Assembly (NCBI GenBank): GCA_964035545.1 | Contig: OZ037765.1 | Location: 30,503,504 to 30,567,503, forward strand | Reading direction: 5' to 3' | Length of the DNA stretch: 64,000 nucleotides | From: Bugula neritina | Lineage: Eukaryota; Animalia; Bryozoa | Shown: positions 11,801-40,188 of the stretch, one piece after another | Position numbering within the stretch: the stretch's first letter is position 1 | How the letters are laid out: each line of letters begins with the position of its first letter | Notes under the pieces: generated by a model | The model's input: only the letters and a program-made list of their open reading frames with translations | Databases searched by the model: none | Told to the model about the DNA's origin: nothing | Translations under genes and position numbers: made by a program

Positions 11801-14751
11801 CCCTCCAAAACCATAGAGAGTTGCGTTGTTTTCCTAATCTGTGCAACCACATAATTGTTTTGTGTAAGTGAAAATAAATATAGCTCTTTTCACCATTGTT
11901 ATCATAGCAACATGTTTCACTGTATGCGTGTGCTGGCATTATTTGCCTCTCATGCATTGCGTACCAATACATATCAGCATGTGTCACCACCTGTCATTTG
12001 TGTCGACATTTATCACCACTTGCCTTGTGTGTCACCATCTGTCATTTGTGTCGACATTTTTCACCACCTTTCGTGTGTATTAGTATGTGTCACCACCTGT
12101 CATGTGTATCAGCATGTGTCATCACCTGTCATGTGTATTAGCATGTGTCACCACCTGTCATGTGTATTAGCATGTGTCACCACCTGTCATGTGTATCAGC
12201 ATGTGTCACCACCTGTCATTTGTGTCACTGCCTGTTATGTGTGTCAGCGTGTGGCATTGATTACTTATATCTTGGCATGTGTTGACAACTATAGGTTTGG
12301 ATGTGTGGAGGAAAGATTGAGATGGCTACTTGCTCTAGAGTGGGTCATGTATTTAGGAAGGTTCGGCCATATTCTTCACCTGACGGTAAAGACACAATGA
12401 CTAAGAACACTCTGCGCATGGTGAATGTTTGGCTAGATGACTACAAGGTATAATACATGTGAATAATGGAAGTTTCCTCCAATATTCCATCGCCTTTTCC
12501 TTTCTAACAACTCATATTATTGCATAACTTGAGGCTGATTAACTTGTTCTACATATGTGTACATCAGGCAAACAAAATCTAAGATGTAATAGAATAAAAT
12601 TGTGCTACTGACACATTAAAGCTAAAAAGTTTTAAGCATTTCTGCTTCACTTTACTTTATTTAGTACACACCAGCGAATTAGGACCAAGAATTAAAATTG
12701 GCTTAAAATTAATGAAAGTCTACTATTTAAGGTCATTTCATGTGCCAAGGACCCATCAAGGTTAAAGGTTTAAGGCAGTTCTAATGAGGCCTCTCATCAG
12801 CGTATTCTTCGATGATAAATTTATCCAAATAAAATTCCACCCTGATGACATTTATGTTATCTGAGTCATTTGATGATAAATGTGAATTGTGCATAAAACT
12901 GATGTCATACATTCTATTTAGTTTGTTGAAATGAGCAAGTTTTGGGACATTAAAAAGTCTTTCAATATTTTGCATGGCGAAAATCTATGAGTGCTTCAGC
13001 GGCTCATTCTTATTTGTTCCAAGTGTTGTGTGACAATCTGCTTAGTTTAATTTAAGAAACGAAAAATTACTCAAGTAGAAAATATCTATAGTTTTGAAAA
13101 TGTTATGTAAATTATTTTAATATTGTTTTAGGATATGTATAATAAAGCCACCAACAACCGTTACGTCAGCACAGACTACGGTGATATTCAGGAAAGGTTG
13201 GCATTGCGCAAGTCCTTGAACTGTCGGGACTTCAAGTGGTATTTGGATGAGGTTTTTAATCCGGACTTCAAGGAGAAGTCACAACTATCTCAGTCGAGAG
13301 AGGACAATCCCAAATTGGTTAATAGGCAATCATATTTGAGTGTTGTTAACAAAGGAAAGGCAAGTCCCTTGGCTTGTTGACCATTAGTGTGTCTGTGTTT
13401 AATGCTATACAGCTTTCATCATGGTAGCATGAGAAATTGTCCGCTCTCATTTTTCTTACCATTCAGGCTAATGAGTACAAATTCAGCTGCGTTTTTTATG
13501 CTTTATCACTAATTTTAAACAAACTTACTTGGATAGTAAGAGCTGGTGTTTGTGCTTTGTGGTTATGGTGACATTTACAGCTAACTGCTTAGTATTTCCT
13601 GTCAGTCTGTTTATTGGTCCTTTATACTGTAGTTACGGTTGTCTAACACAAACTATTGCGTCATGTCTCCCACCTCATCTGATGGTAAATTATCCTACAA
13701 CTCTCCATTAGTGCTCGGTGATTGTGGCTCATTTAAACTGGTATGGAATAATATTGTTTCTTTGCTACTGCTTATAGCTAACCAACTGTACAGCTGTGCA
13801 ACTTTCTCAACTTGAAGAATTTTTCATATAAGTTTAATGTATATTTGTAGCTAGAATTACAATAGCATTAGAATATAGTGTAAAATGTGGTAAAATATGC
13901 TTAGCTTTTACATTCACAGTAAAGCATCGTAGTAACATGTCCTAAAAAGTTTTTCACTTTATTAGAGTTATATTCTCTTGTTTTGGTGTACACAAACCAC
14001 CAGTTTTTATTCTTAGCTTTTCAAAAGTTTTAAAATGTACCTGAATTAGCACAGAAAACTTTTAGTGAGTGTTTGAAGTCTACTTGAGACATTATTAATA
14101 TGCTTTGCGTTCCCTTTGCTTGCAGAAATGGTACGAACTGCAGTCTGGGGGATTCCTAATAGATGGCAATAAATGTCTAGACGTTGTGTCGTCTCTCCCC
14201 ACCATAACAAAGTGCACAGGCGAGGGCGGCACTCAGCAGTGGCTGCTACGTAGCTTAGTGGTAATTCTAACATCTCAGCTGTTTTATTTTTGGGGAGTCT
14301 GAAACTCTCTCCCTGTCTAGTTACTAGCAGGTGTATTAGATAATGCTAAAATTTGTTTCTTTGGAAGCTTGTACTACTAATGACTTCTTATTAGCATTAC
14401 TAGATTTCTGGAGAAAATAACCTTTTCTGTTAATGGCACTCCAGCGTCTGTGACAAAGTTGAGTTGCTAGTTACCAGAGTTTGTGCTAAATTTCTGTGGT
14501 AACTTTCTTTTCATTTGCCTGTATATCATAGTATTCTTGTTCCTAAATATGTCAATTATGTTGAAATATCTGCTCAAAAATATCTATCTATAGTTTCTTT
14601 GTAGGATAATAACTCTAATTACTTTTACAATCCGGGTGTGGGACTCTGCCTACACGCCCCTAAACAGCAGTTAGGAGTAGAACTAGAAATGAGCACATGT
14701 AATAATGACGTGTCCAAGTTTATGTATGATACGAAAGTCATTCCAGCTTGA
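8852..14751 (+). CDS. GALNT11: Polypeptide N-acetylgalactosaminyltransferase, GALNT11/pgant35A-like, 12 coding exons
   Basis: Exons ~8852-9035, 9250-9327, 9431-9512, 9776-9939, 10423-10553, 10894-11129, 11571-11688, 12295-12447, 13132-13359, 13633-13740, 14126-14260, 14605-14751. N-terminal TM anchor; [29 protein letters not shown] (DxH), [37 protein letters not shown]; C-terminal ricin-type lectin (CLD..QQW). Confidence 0.88.
10595..10734 (+). mobile_element. tRNA-derived SINE, 5'-truncated copy
   Basis: Shares GGCCATTGGTGAT..GTTAGGAAGAGCATCCAGTC..AAGTCCT..TTTCTCACAGGGATAG..GACTATAA with 55580-55779. Confidence 0.75.
11433..11528 (-). mobile_element. tRNA-derived SINE, head fragment
   Basis: Reverse complement resembles the GCAGCCGTGG..TTAAAG..GATGTTAGGAAGA head of 55580-55680. 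Confidence 0.6.
11970..12250. repeat. ~29-bp minisatellite (CAGCATGTGTCACCACCTGTCATGTGTAT) in GALNT11 intron 7
   Basis: About 8-9 imperfect tandem units are directly visible. Confidence 0.85.
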
Positions 14752-16048
14752 TGATTGCTGTTTATATTTTCTACTTTTTGTCATGTTTATAGTTTTTATT
14801 TTGTTGTTTTGGTGTTATTAAGTGCAGTTTGTCAATCATATTACAATCATGTTTTATTTTAACATAATAGTTTTACTAAAAGCAATCAGCGTTGTATATT
14901 TTATTGAAGATGCTCTGTGAATATTCCCTTCAATCTCAGTTATAGTATAGTGCTCTACGTCAACAATCTTTTTTGTATAGTTTACAAGTTTATCTAGATG
15001 TCAGTGGAATACAAACATTTACTTACTTATATGAGTTTTATATTATTTATACAAGCTTTTTAGTATTAGTTTTATAATTTTAACTTCACCTATTCTTTAC
15101 AATATATGGCCATGCATTACTTATACTGCACTTTACTTTTGAATGTTGCACTACTTACTATCTTGTTTCAGTCATCTTTTCTCTCTAAATATCTGCTTAC
15201 CAATATTATCTTTACCAAATATTATGCTGCTTTGTGTATTTTACTTCTAATGAATTTATTACTTTTTGTATGTTTAAAGTTACTATAATAATATGTAGTT
15301 ACTGATATTATGATTATAAATATAGTGTTGTTTCCTGTAATATATTTTACTATTAATACAACATATCACTTCTGTTATTATTTCTCGCATGATTTATAAC
15401 AAATGTGTTGAGTAAATCTTCATATTTAAAACTGGTCATTAAGTTTGGAAATATATCTTGTTGTGTAGAAACTACTGTTGCTAAGGACTACCATCAAACT
15501 GCAAAAGTTTTCCCATCGCAGATTTTAATGACCTTCACCTTTACTATGATTAACAATTTGTAACTAACAGTTAAAAAGTTAATGTTAAAATCGACTTTAC
15601 AGCTTTCTATTAAATGTTTGATTTTCATTACCCAAGTAAACTAAGAAATTTTGCTGTAAAACATTATTTGTAATAAGTACACACATCTTCAACTCAACGC
15701 TTAGTATAGTGGAGATGCTATGAATCGAACAAATGAATATCATTTTAGCCCTAAATTATGTTGGTATATTGTTATACATCATTTAGATGAATTTATGTGT
15801 ATGTGTTGGCATATATTACAGTATAATATATGACTATAGCTTCACTGGGAATGTATTATTATGAATTGAAAAAATCTCACATAAGCATGCGTTTTAAAAT
15901 AGGCATCATATTTCATATACTGAATTACATTTACAAATTACATGTGAGAGTTACATAAACTACATGCATTTTCAAACCCCACATTACAAAACTCTTGCAC
16001 TGTTTCACATATACTGAGAACTTAAGCTAAATTTCTAAAAGAATTTGC

Positions 16049-19000
16049 TCAGTCTACTTCTAGACTTTCTTCTGTGTCCAATGGAGGGCTCTCACTGTTA
16101 GAACTGGCAACATCTTGTGACTCAGCTGGGACACCGGTAGCTGCAAGCTCTCCTTTGGAGTTATCTCCACACATGTTGTGTGTTATGTTTGCTGGTGCAG
16201 CTGCTGCCTGTATGCTGTCGGATGAGTCATGCATTGGCTGATTGGTTGAGTCATGCATTAGCTGGGTAGAAGAAGTATGCTTATGTGGTGCTGCTGAAGT
16301 TTGCTGTCCTGATAGTGATTCTCTTTCTTTTGTATTCCGCCATTTCATGCGCCGATTTTGAAACCATATTTTGACCTAAATTAAGCACATACCTTAGAAC
16401 CCATGTATAGTATTATGATACGTAATATAATATTATGACATCAATGTATAAGTGAAATTGTAGAGTTCAACCAATGCGATGGGATTAATTTTTGAGCAAA
16501 TCATTGGATTTATTTTTGTTGAACGTATTTACTTTGTGAAACAAACAGCTGAAAGAAGTCATATTATTTGTTTTCATTGAATTTGTTTTTATTTCAGTTT
16601 TCAATCCCTACAGTTGAAGATAAAATTACTGTTTTATAGATCAAGCATAAAATTTAAAAGTTTTTGTATGTTGAATCAAAAAATTTTTCAAACTATGACT
16701 TCACTTGATATGGTATATCAATTTCTACTCAATGTGCTGTTGACTTATTATACGGTTGTATACGAAAATTTCTTTATGGTCATAATCTCTATAATAATTT
16801 GAAAAAGCTAACTTCGAAATGGATAGTTTAAACAATCGATTTAGGAAAATTCGACAGGCCGACCACCAACCTGGGAGTCTTTCAGTGTCAGTTTCTCTGC
16901 CAACTTCTTTCTCTCTGGTTTGCTGATGTACTTTTGCTTCTGGAATGTTCTCTCTAGACCTTTTCGCTGACTTTCAGAGAACACAGCACGTCTGAGCATA
17001 TTGCGTCTCGGTTTACCACCCACTGAGCTCCCTAGAGTGCTGAGCATGCTTGGTACAACAGTACTATTAAACCGTGACTCTGCAACTACAAAAATAGCTC
17101 ATTAGAATTGGATGTTGCTTTTAAATAGAATGATTGCCAGTTGCCTAATTGAATTTGAATGGCTTGTATCTTTAATGATGCATGCAACAATATAGTTGAG
17201 TTACAAATTATGTTGTAGTAATGATCATAAAAATACTAATAAAATAACTAAAATTCTGCAATTAAGCAAGATATTGTAAGGTAACAATAATATTTACAGG
17301 GCATGCAGATTGTAGACTAACATAAATGGTCCCTGAATTTCCCTATAAAATTTATATTACTTATAATGCAATGCATTGAACAACTATCTATTCTCATAGG
17401 TTATTCTGCTCATTGTGTTTAAGTGCCTAAGTGGGATTTGAATTAGATACTATCTTTTAATGAATATAACCACTTTGATCCCCTTATGTATCTTCATGTT
17501 GAAATCACCCCTTTACAACTGTAAATATAGTAACAATAAGTTTGAAGAGCTGGTTTTAGAAAGAGTCCTTATCATCAGTTCTCCATAGTGAAAAGGGTTG
17601 ATGTGTCAAATACAGTAATCCCATAATGTGAATATTGAAATGCATAGCTTTTGGCTATTCTTGATGCATTTATTATAATTACAATTAATAATACACAACA
17701 AAGATGAATAATAAGATTTCTTAAATTAAATTTCTAATATTGTAATAATTTTAGTTATATAATTTCTATCATATGTTGATAAATCATCAACAGTCTTCGT
17801 TTTCTTTTATCTTCAATTTAGCGACTTAAAATAACAGAATACCAAGGAAGCCACTTTACTTTGTCAATGATTCAACGAGCGATTATCTTACATTTGGCCA
17901 CTCATGAAAGCTCATAGAAATGAAACATCAAATATAATAATTATATTTCTCCACTTTAATGCATATCTAATTATAAATTTATGTGTCACTTTTGGGGCTA
18001 TTTTGATAGAAAGCTTTTAGCCGAGATTGAAAATATTGACTTTCTATCAAAGCTAAACAATAATTTCTAAGACTTCAGCACTCAGCATTAACAAAATTCA
18101 CGTTTTATTTGCTCTAATGAATTATTTAATGAGTATTTGTCTAATTAACTATTCGGATAAAATATTATTTGCTTTTATGGGTTTTAAGTGCTTAAAAAGA
18201 TAATCACTGGTTTTACTTGTGAGTAGATTGATGTATGGAGTGGCTAAAATACCAAATGACAAGTTGTTCAATCTAAAGCTGTGCAAACAAATGGACTGGA
18301 TATGAATTCAGTAACTTATCATATGCCTATATTTCAATTAAACACCAAATCCCTCCTTTCTTTAGAGTAGGCCATTAATTACCTCCATTAGCCTCTAAAT
18401 TCACACAAAATTAAAACTTTTGTAAATATATTTTTTGATTCATTTTTAGCAGTACAAACACAGATGCATTTGATACTAACCTATAAGATAATGTTCTCTT
18501 TGTAAGTTTTTTTCTGAACACGATTAACATTAATACACTTATACAGTATATTTGCCTAATAACTATAATAGATAATTGAAAATATTTTAGCTGCACAAAT
18601 CTGTAATGCCATTTGATCAGCTTTATGTCAAAATTCACTCATAACTGATACATTAACAGCATCAAAACTTTGCTATCCACTTGTCACAAATCTACGCTTT
18701 TTAATATAGGTGCGCCACAATCATACTTTTGCAAGCAATCTAAGAATCTTGACATATATATCATACTGTGAAATACTTCAATCTTAAACTTTTTTAGCAA
18801 TTACACATACCTTTAGAACTATCTACAGAAGAAAAGTTAGAAGTCCTTGGTGATTTAGAACCAAAAGACTCTTGTAATAAACTCTGCCCTTGCTTTTCGG
18901 TAGTTGCGTACTCTGCCATATTATTGAACGGCAGCCCTGTGTTTGTAGGTAGCAGCTTATGCTGAGATAACACTAAACTAGGCAGCATATTTGCTGACGC

Positions 19001-20339
19001 CATTAGCTGCTGTAGAGAGACATTGGGAGGGAGACTTGGGAAATGAGAACTAAACAACTCATTCTTTGTGGGAGATTTTCCTCCAAAGTTGAAACCTGCA
19101 AAAAACAAAACGATGATTGTGAATATATTATGTATAAAAAACTTTCTCTTTTTACTTTAAGATTTATCATGAATGTCACTAAAAGTTTCGATTAAAGCAA
19201 TTGATACATTCATAAAAATTATAGCAAAAACCGTATTTTGTCAGCATTATTATTTTAAAAATTACACAGGGTCTTTACTATAGAAAAATAAATCTTTTAA
19301 TGCAACTTTTATAACTTTTTAACAAAATTAGCCCAAGCCTAATAGTCTATACTCTAATTTTTATTGGGTGTTACCAAAACTAATCATCATTGTTTCTTCT
19401 GAATTTTGATTTTATTGCTGCAAAGTATCAGGTGCTCTCTTTTAAAAGTACACCTGTACTTCGCTTTTGCGTGTTTACCACACACATGTATAACCATTAG
19501 ACAAGGAGATTCAAAACATAAGCATTAGGCAAGTAGATAATGCGCTATGATTTGAAACAAAAAAAACCGTTTATTAATACAGAAGATGCAATAATATGGA
19601 ATAAAACTTGACACTATATTCAAGTAAGCTAATTTGTGGTATTTACTTGATTTTTGTATAATTAAAAAAAGTTTATAAAGCATATGCAAGCAAAGCGCCA
19701 GTGCAAAATTTTGAGGCTTTTTCAATACTGGATTAGCTGTGGGGTTTCTTTCATTTTCCATTTTGATCAGCTTTTATCAAAGCTGTAAACAGCCAACACA
19801 GTTTTCACATTTCTACGACAATTTTGGAAGCATAACTTTTGTAATGTCTATGCAGGGCTTTAAATGAATTCAAACAGTGAATTTTTATATAAACATAAAG
19901 ATTTGTTTAAATTTCTCATATACTACATCTTTGTAGCTATAACTTGTTTATTGCTTGTTAGTTTGAACCATTCACAATATATACAAGAATATTCATTACT
20001 ATGCACCAAAATGTGAATAAATTAGTTGAGTTTTTAAGCAATCTTGAGAAGCATATTATAACATTTACCTTTATTATCATAAGCTGTTGGTTTGTCTTTA
20101 TTGTGTCCTAGAATTTGAGAAACGCCGAACTTGAGTAGACCAGAAGTTTCTTGTTCATTTTGCACCTTACTCTGATTATTTCTGGTTAACTTAACAAAAT
20201 CCCTGTACGTTGAGGCCTGTAGCTGGTTATATCTCAGCTGACTCATTGCTGCTGCCATTAGCCACGCTGTCTGAGGTGACGGAGGTGAAAGATCATTTCT
20301 GATTTTCAAAGATTCCAAGAGTTGCTGCTGGTTCAACAT
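16049..20339 (-). CDS. DBX: Dbx-class (NKL) homeobox transcription factor, 4 exons
   Basis: Exons 20339-20069, 19095-18811, 17085-16871, 16375-16049. eh1 motif LKFGVSQIL; KPRRNMLRRAVFSESQRKGLE..FQKQKYISKPERKKLAEKL.LKDSQ|VKIWFQNRRMKWRNTKER is diagnostic of Dbx. Confidence 0.93.
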
Positions 20340-22539
20340 TGTAGAGTGCAAAGGAACTGGTCAAACACGAAGTATATTTATGAGTGAGAAACATGTCATG
20401 TAGTATTGTACGCTATTGGAAGGATTACTTGCGGTATATAAATGTTTGTGGGGTACTTGTCAAGATGCGCCGTGATTGGCTAACATCTGGCTCAATAATG
20501 TAAAGCTGTTGATACTCAACATAATGCGGGCCTAATTACAACTTCATATGCCCTGAGGATGTTATTTTGTCACCAGCTATTTACATATTGACTCTATTCA
20601 GCATTAAATACAGGTTTAAATCTATTTTTGTGAATTATTTTTCATAATAATAAGACAGACCGTATTAAATGAGTGGTTAACAAACAGTTAAGGAAAAGAT
20701 TATTTTCTAATAGGTAAACCTTTAATTGAGTTAATGAAAAAATTGTAGTTGACTTTTTAAAAATTCAGGATTATATATTTTTTAAATGTCTTCAGTATCT
20801 ATCTTTGCAAATTTTTGCTAATATTCTTGTTTTGTTTTGAAGGCCATTGTACTGGAACACTATTCTAAGAATGTTGTAATCATACATTTATTTATAAATA
20901 TATAGATATATTTATATTACAATATGGCATATAATACATAATGTAATATATTTATATATATAATTTATATTACACTATTACATACAATATACATTGCATT
21001 ATGTTTATGGATATATTTATATTAAGCTAATGCATATAATATATGATGTATTTTGTTTATGAATATATTTATACACATCTTGAAGCAATTCTTTAAAACA
21101 TGCCAGTTCTTTTAGCAACTGATGTCTAAGCACACAACACTGAGCTCTTGTGTCACAGGTGAAAAAATTCCTTATATTGACTGGTTGAAAAAAATCTGAA
21201 TTGGGACAATTGAAGGCTAATGGTAAGTATTAGTAATCATTCAATTAAAATAATCTGCATTATTATGTCCAAGTTTATTGTTGTGTGGTTAAAATATAGC
21301 AACTATGCAAAGTGCATGTAATGAATACAATCTGTATAAAAAACATTTTACTATTCTGAAAAGAGTTACTTGTGTATGATGATAATATGGCTTCAATACC
21401 TTTAGTTTTGCAACAGCTTCTAGATCTACCTGAAGTTAACTTCAACACCTGATAGTCTGAGACCATTGCCAGATAGTCTGAAATCTTTGCTATGTTATTT
21501 AAATAAACTTAAAGCACACTGCACACAGCACACTGCACACAGCACACTGCACTCTGCATATATGAGATGTTGTTCTCTGTTTGTGATTATACTTTGCAGA
21601 ACTCTTTTTCATGACAAACTAAATCATGTTGGCCAGTCTTGTATAAATTGATTCTTCAGGAATTTTTTATTTGTTCATAATCATTTTAAAATATAATTTA
21701 AAATTATCAGTTCTTTATTGTATCTCTTGAAATAGTTCACTAATCAATTATGATAGATTGCAGTTTTAGCCCTCTTAAGCAAAAGAGCACTTCAAGGGTT
21801 ATTGTCGTTTATGTTGAAGTTGAAAATTACTAAACATAAAAGTCCACGCAAACATCTGTATAAATGCATGCAACATGAAGCAATGTGGAGCTCAGAAGGA
21901 GGTTGCAAACTTGACGTAGTAATATTTTAAACATCAATATATTATTCAGTGCAGGTGGTACTGCATTATTAATCACCTAATAATAAAAGACTTATTATTA
22001 CCATCAGACTCATAATACTTATAAAAGTGTTAAAAACATAGTTTGATTTCTATGTAAATGCCCAAGCTGTTACCAAATTATTACTATAATAATGCTAATG
22101 CCCTATGCTAAATAGGTATACGCATAAGTTTAGTAGCCTTAGTTATTAGAAAACTTGACTTGCCATGTAAATTATACATAGAAGGCTATTTTAGTTGTGA
22201 CAAAACTTCTAGAGCTAAGGCTTCAGCAAGACTCAGCGTGAGAATACTGTTTGTTTACCATCAATCAAAGTTACAGGACAAAAGATTGTACTAATGGACT
22301 GATGGAAGAGATGCAAGTGTCACAATAAATCTGAGAAACAATACCCTGGGTGCAGTGATTAACCCTATATTTTTATTTATGACTACTATTATTGTAGAAT
22401 TAATTTTATTTGATAGATTATAAGTTGTAAATGATAACTGTTTATTATAATACCTGTAAGAACAAGTCTGAAGTTACAGGCATGAACAAAATGATATCAT
22501 ATATTCATGCATATAAAAAACTCATGCAATTTTATATTC

Positions 22540-22676
22540 ACCATCCCTGTAAGAAAACTCCTGATGGAAAGGGTTTTTGTTGAAGCGGGCTAAGGACTTA
22601 TTCAGATGAGGCACAGAGGCAAATACGTATGACTGGATGCTTTTCCTGGCATCACCAATGGTTTTTACTGGTTCGA
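22540..22676 (-). mobile_element. tRNA-derived SINE copy, truncated at the B box
   Basis: Reverse complement matches the body of the 55580-55779 element. Confidence 0.75.
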
Positions 22677-22688
22677 TGTTAGAGATGC

Positions 22689-22869
<181 letters not shown>

Positions 22870-25800
22870 TGGCGTCATATATTAATTTAATCTGTAAGTG
22901 ATGCCGATTTGTCAGTTATTAGTCATACTTGATGCCCGTTTCAAACTGGATTGTAACTTCCATTATAAACTTAATTTATAGATAAATTTTTCCAAAATCA
23001 ACAATTGTACCAAAAATTATTATTGCTTGCAATAATAATTTACCAGCAATTGTGCTAAAAGTATTCTTGCTTATAATAGCAATTAACCAGCCTTTAAATT
23101 TGTGTTGATGTATTGTATAGCCAGATAACTATAGCTTTAGCAACTCTTAAAAGCCTCATTTAAGTTGTGAAAAAAAACAAACAAGCCGCCTGCAGTAGTT
23201 TTCAACCCTCTCTGTTCTCTAATGCTGCAACTTCTGTCGCAGCTAAAATCACATATTTGGTACTATTCTATTTATTGCTAGCATGCAAGGATTTTTAAAA
23301 TACTTTTTTGCACACACCTGGTTAACAAACTGACCATAGTAGGTCTTACATATTGTATATTAATAACATGCATTTAAGTTAGTAATATGAGGTCTTTTAG
23401 TATTGCGCTAAGTAGTTTTGGTTAGATTAACTGCACTTGTATCTTAGTATTTTTTTGTAATATGAATACTTTTGCATCTACAGCATTCTTTCATTAAAAA
23501 CAAGTAAAAAAAGCTTGAAAATTTGGTGATTTTATAAAGACAAAATTTATTTTAGTTCTATACATACGCACACACTTACACATGTGCACATAAATCATAT
23601 GCACAAATATGCACATAAATAAATACATGCATATTGATAAAAGGAGACAACTCCAAGTTTGTTTTATATTATTATTACAATGTCAAACATTTAGGTTTAT
23701 TCTGCTTTTGAGTCTGTGACTAGAATGAACTATGTGTTGATAACTCCCATTTCAATCATGAAATAATAATACAGAAGAAATCTGAGGGCAGAGTCTATGC
23801 CTTAGTATTTATTTCAAAACTGTGGAGTACAGGCTACAAAAAGGGCTTAGTTTAACAATAAATGTATAGGGGTCTACAGTACGCAGTCTGGTTATTATGT
23901 TAAATATAATATTAAAAAGCCATTTCCGCAACTTCCTGTAGTAACTTCATGTGAAGTAGCTGCGGAAAGAGGAAATAACTTCTTAGTTAATAAATCATTA
24001 TTTCATTTATACACTAACAATATTAAATCATTAATGTTCTCAGGCTAAGAATGGGCCGCCTGTGATTTTAGGTTCAAGAGCTACAATTCTATAAAATAAA
24101 CTCTAAGTAGAAATTTCTCGTACACTAACATACATGCTGCATGCATACATGCATACATGCATGTAATCACTGCTATTTACTTTATATAGGTGTTCAAAGC
24201 ATTCAAAAGAGGAGCGCCATTTAAAACACTGTAGTCAATGTAAAAATTGAAGTTTTCAAACCAATATTTGTGTCACATGACCATTAATTTGAAGAAGTTA
24301 TTGTTTCATATCAGTGTTGAGTGCCTTAAGCCCTTATATTGCAGGAATTAGTGACTTGTACCGGATTACATTATATAAAACACCCTTGACAGGTGGTCAA
24401 TAATTTCCAAGAGGTCATAATTATGATTTTCCTTTACAATACAATATACTCTATACAATAACATGAGATATATTCTATACACCAATAGTAATTTGTATTA
24501 CATTTATTAGACATGTTTTATAATGTATGTAATAGATGATATGGAAAATTAGCCCATACAATAATATGCAATATACAGTACAACTTATAAGTTGTACATT
24601 GTACTGTGTACTATGATGTGACAATGTTACCTATTTAGTTTCTAGATCTCTAGATGTACTCAATTATTTGAATAGTGTATATTATATTATATTTAGTCCT
24701 TAAGCATTATGTCAAAGCAATAAATACTATATAGCTAACATTTAATTAAATTTATCTGTATATTTTCTACATAAAAGAATTTACCATATAATTGTATATG
24801 TGAGATAGTCAGCCTTGTAAAAGAATTGCTGAGTCAGTTATTAAGAACTAGCAACGCTGCCAAGGATTATATTATGTTTTGTTATAATAATATTATTGTA
24901 TCTGGCAGCTCATAGTCTGAAGGAGCTAAACAAACACTCATAGTTTAAATGAGAAAAAATAGGGATTATAGATCACACAACTCCTTAATTATTAAACAAG
25001 GTTATTCTATATAATTTTATTTCATCATCATGTACAACTATATGCAAAATCAAAAATTAGGAGGTCCCTCATTTTAATAGACCGAGGCCACTTTTAGGTG
25101 TTTTATTTTTTGGCAGGTACTTTTGTATAAACTTTAAGGTTGTTCTGTTAAGTTTCAAGATTACATAAATGCCAGGGCAGGTGGCAGGCATGTGTTTGCA
25201 AGTGCTTGATCCCTTCCTGCAGCAGAAATAAGGCTATTTAGACAAGACTAGTGTCTAGTTTTATAATAATACAGACTAATGAGCTAAAATTATATGCATA
25301 TTATTGGATTTATTAGTGTTTACATTGTTGGCTTTCATTCTATACATGCCCATAGAGTTAACTTGATTAAGAATCCACTTAATAATGCCGCTCTTGTCAA
25401 GTGACGTTGAGTTAGTGCAGGCAGTGGTACTCTTTGCTGCCAATGTGATTGGTTTGTTGCTTTCTATCAATTTGCAGCTTGTGTCAGAAAAACTGATCTT
25501 AGTTCTTTTTAGACGCAGCTGTGGAGATGTTTGATTAGTCTGAGTTCATTGCGCAGGTAAGTGGGTGTCTGAACATACTTTCTTACAGTCAGTATAGCCG
25601 TTGGATTGTTACGGAGCTGTAAGCCAAGTAATTGTTGGTTACTGCTGCCAGACTTACTGTTGTTGGACTAGCCGTTATTACGCTTAGAAGCGCTTCTGGA
25701 AACTCATTTTGTTAACTGATGCTTAGATTATAACTTTTTAATGCATACTTTCTTTAATATTATACTTTTAAATGGTTATATAGAGATATGAAATTTTCGA

Positions 25801-26388
25801 ATATAACATAAATAAGGTTACGGAATCTTAGATTATTGCAATGACTTTGAAACTTTTTAATAATCGGCTTTTTAAATGAATATGTGTATAGTGAATAGAC
25901 ATGATATAACACATTTATTGTATATATATAATACCTTATTGTAGGCTGTAACAAATTAATGGTTTTTTTTCTAATGCGATGCCTGCTGTTTTTTTATGAA
26001 AAAGTTTTTATATGAAAATTTTTCAAAGACTTTGTAAGTTTAAGAAACAATATATTTTAACAGTTATTGCTTTCTTTCTGTTATTATTTAAATGTTACAG
26101 CATGCTTTCCTCTTATATATATATATATTTAGGTTGACAGACATGACAGTTATTAAATACATACAAGAAAATGACTTGAAACAAAATGAATTTAGTGTAA
26201 AGTTATAGCTACTGAATAAATATTACCAAGTCTTTTGTCCCTTAAATGATAATCTAGCTCCGCTATTATTTAATAAATATTTTTAAAAGCTGTCAACAAA
26301 TTTTTATTGTTTTATTTTAGTATAACTCACAGATACTGAACTCAGCAATCACCATACATCAAAGCGGCAAAGGAAGAAACGGACAGCC

Positions 26389-39423
<13,035 letters not shown>

Positions 39424-40188
39424 AACTATAGTAACTTTTGCTTCATTTATGAAATAAAAAAATGAGATAAAACTTTAAATATGACTGTAGCCTAAAAGGG
39501 CTAACTTTTCTTAGTTATCTGCCCATGTAATGCATAGTTTTTAAAATGTAGGCGCTTAGGAAGTTGAGTATGTAGACATTGTATAAGGTGCAAATCTTGT
39601 ATCAACGTATGTCATGCGAATAAAAGCAAATTATTTATACATGTTATATAACATATTACTGTCGCTAATAAGAAGTTCTCAGTTTTGATGATTCTGCAAA
39701 ATGAAGCTGTCAAGCGTTTATTTTTTTTCATATTCAATAATTATCGTTCATAATGTATTAATTACCATATTTGCATAATTTTCTGTTTGTTTAGTGGGTT
39801 AACGATTCTTCCCATGAGTTTTCTGTAAATTATCATATGATCAATTAAAGTTTCTTGCGCCTGAAGCAACCTTGTAAAGGAAATATAAAACTGTGTTATG
39901 TAGAACATTTGATATTTTATGTCGTGTGAATTTGTATGCATAAAAGGTAAATAAAAAAATAATGCAATTCATGAACCATCAGCAGTTTAGTATTAATTAA
40001 AATAATATTTTATATTTCAAAGTGTGAAAAGGTGAAAAATAGTGAAAAAGACAAACACAATGACCACAAAACCAGAAGTAAAATAAATAGAAGCTACATG
40101 CTATGCATTTGACCCAAGATTGGGTGTACAGCTGAACTACTGTGTCACACACTACCTTATATAGATTTTCACATGTCAACGGACAGGT

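Noticed and set aside
11855-12400. 181-aa Cys/His-rich ORF
   Set aside because: Arises from the intronic minisatellite; out of frame with the GALNT11 exon it overlaps.
12780-12805. CTGATGA core on the minus strand as another hammerhead
   Set aside because: No GAAA after stem II and no stems I or III.
23923-23968. Imperfect hairpin TTTCCGCA...TGCGGAAA as a pre-miRNA
   Set aside because: Too short, with a ~10-nt asymmetric bulge.
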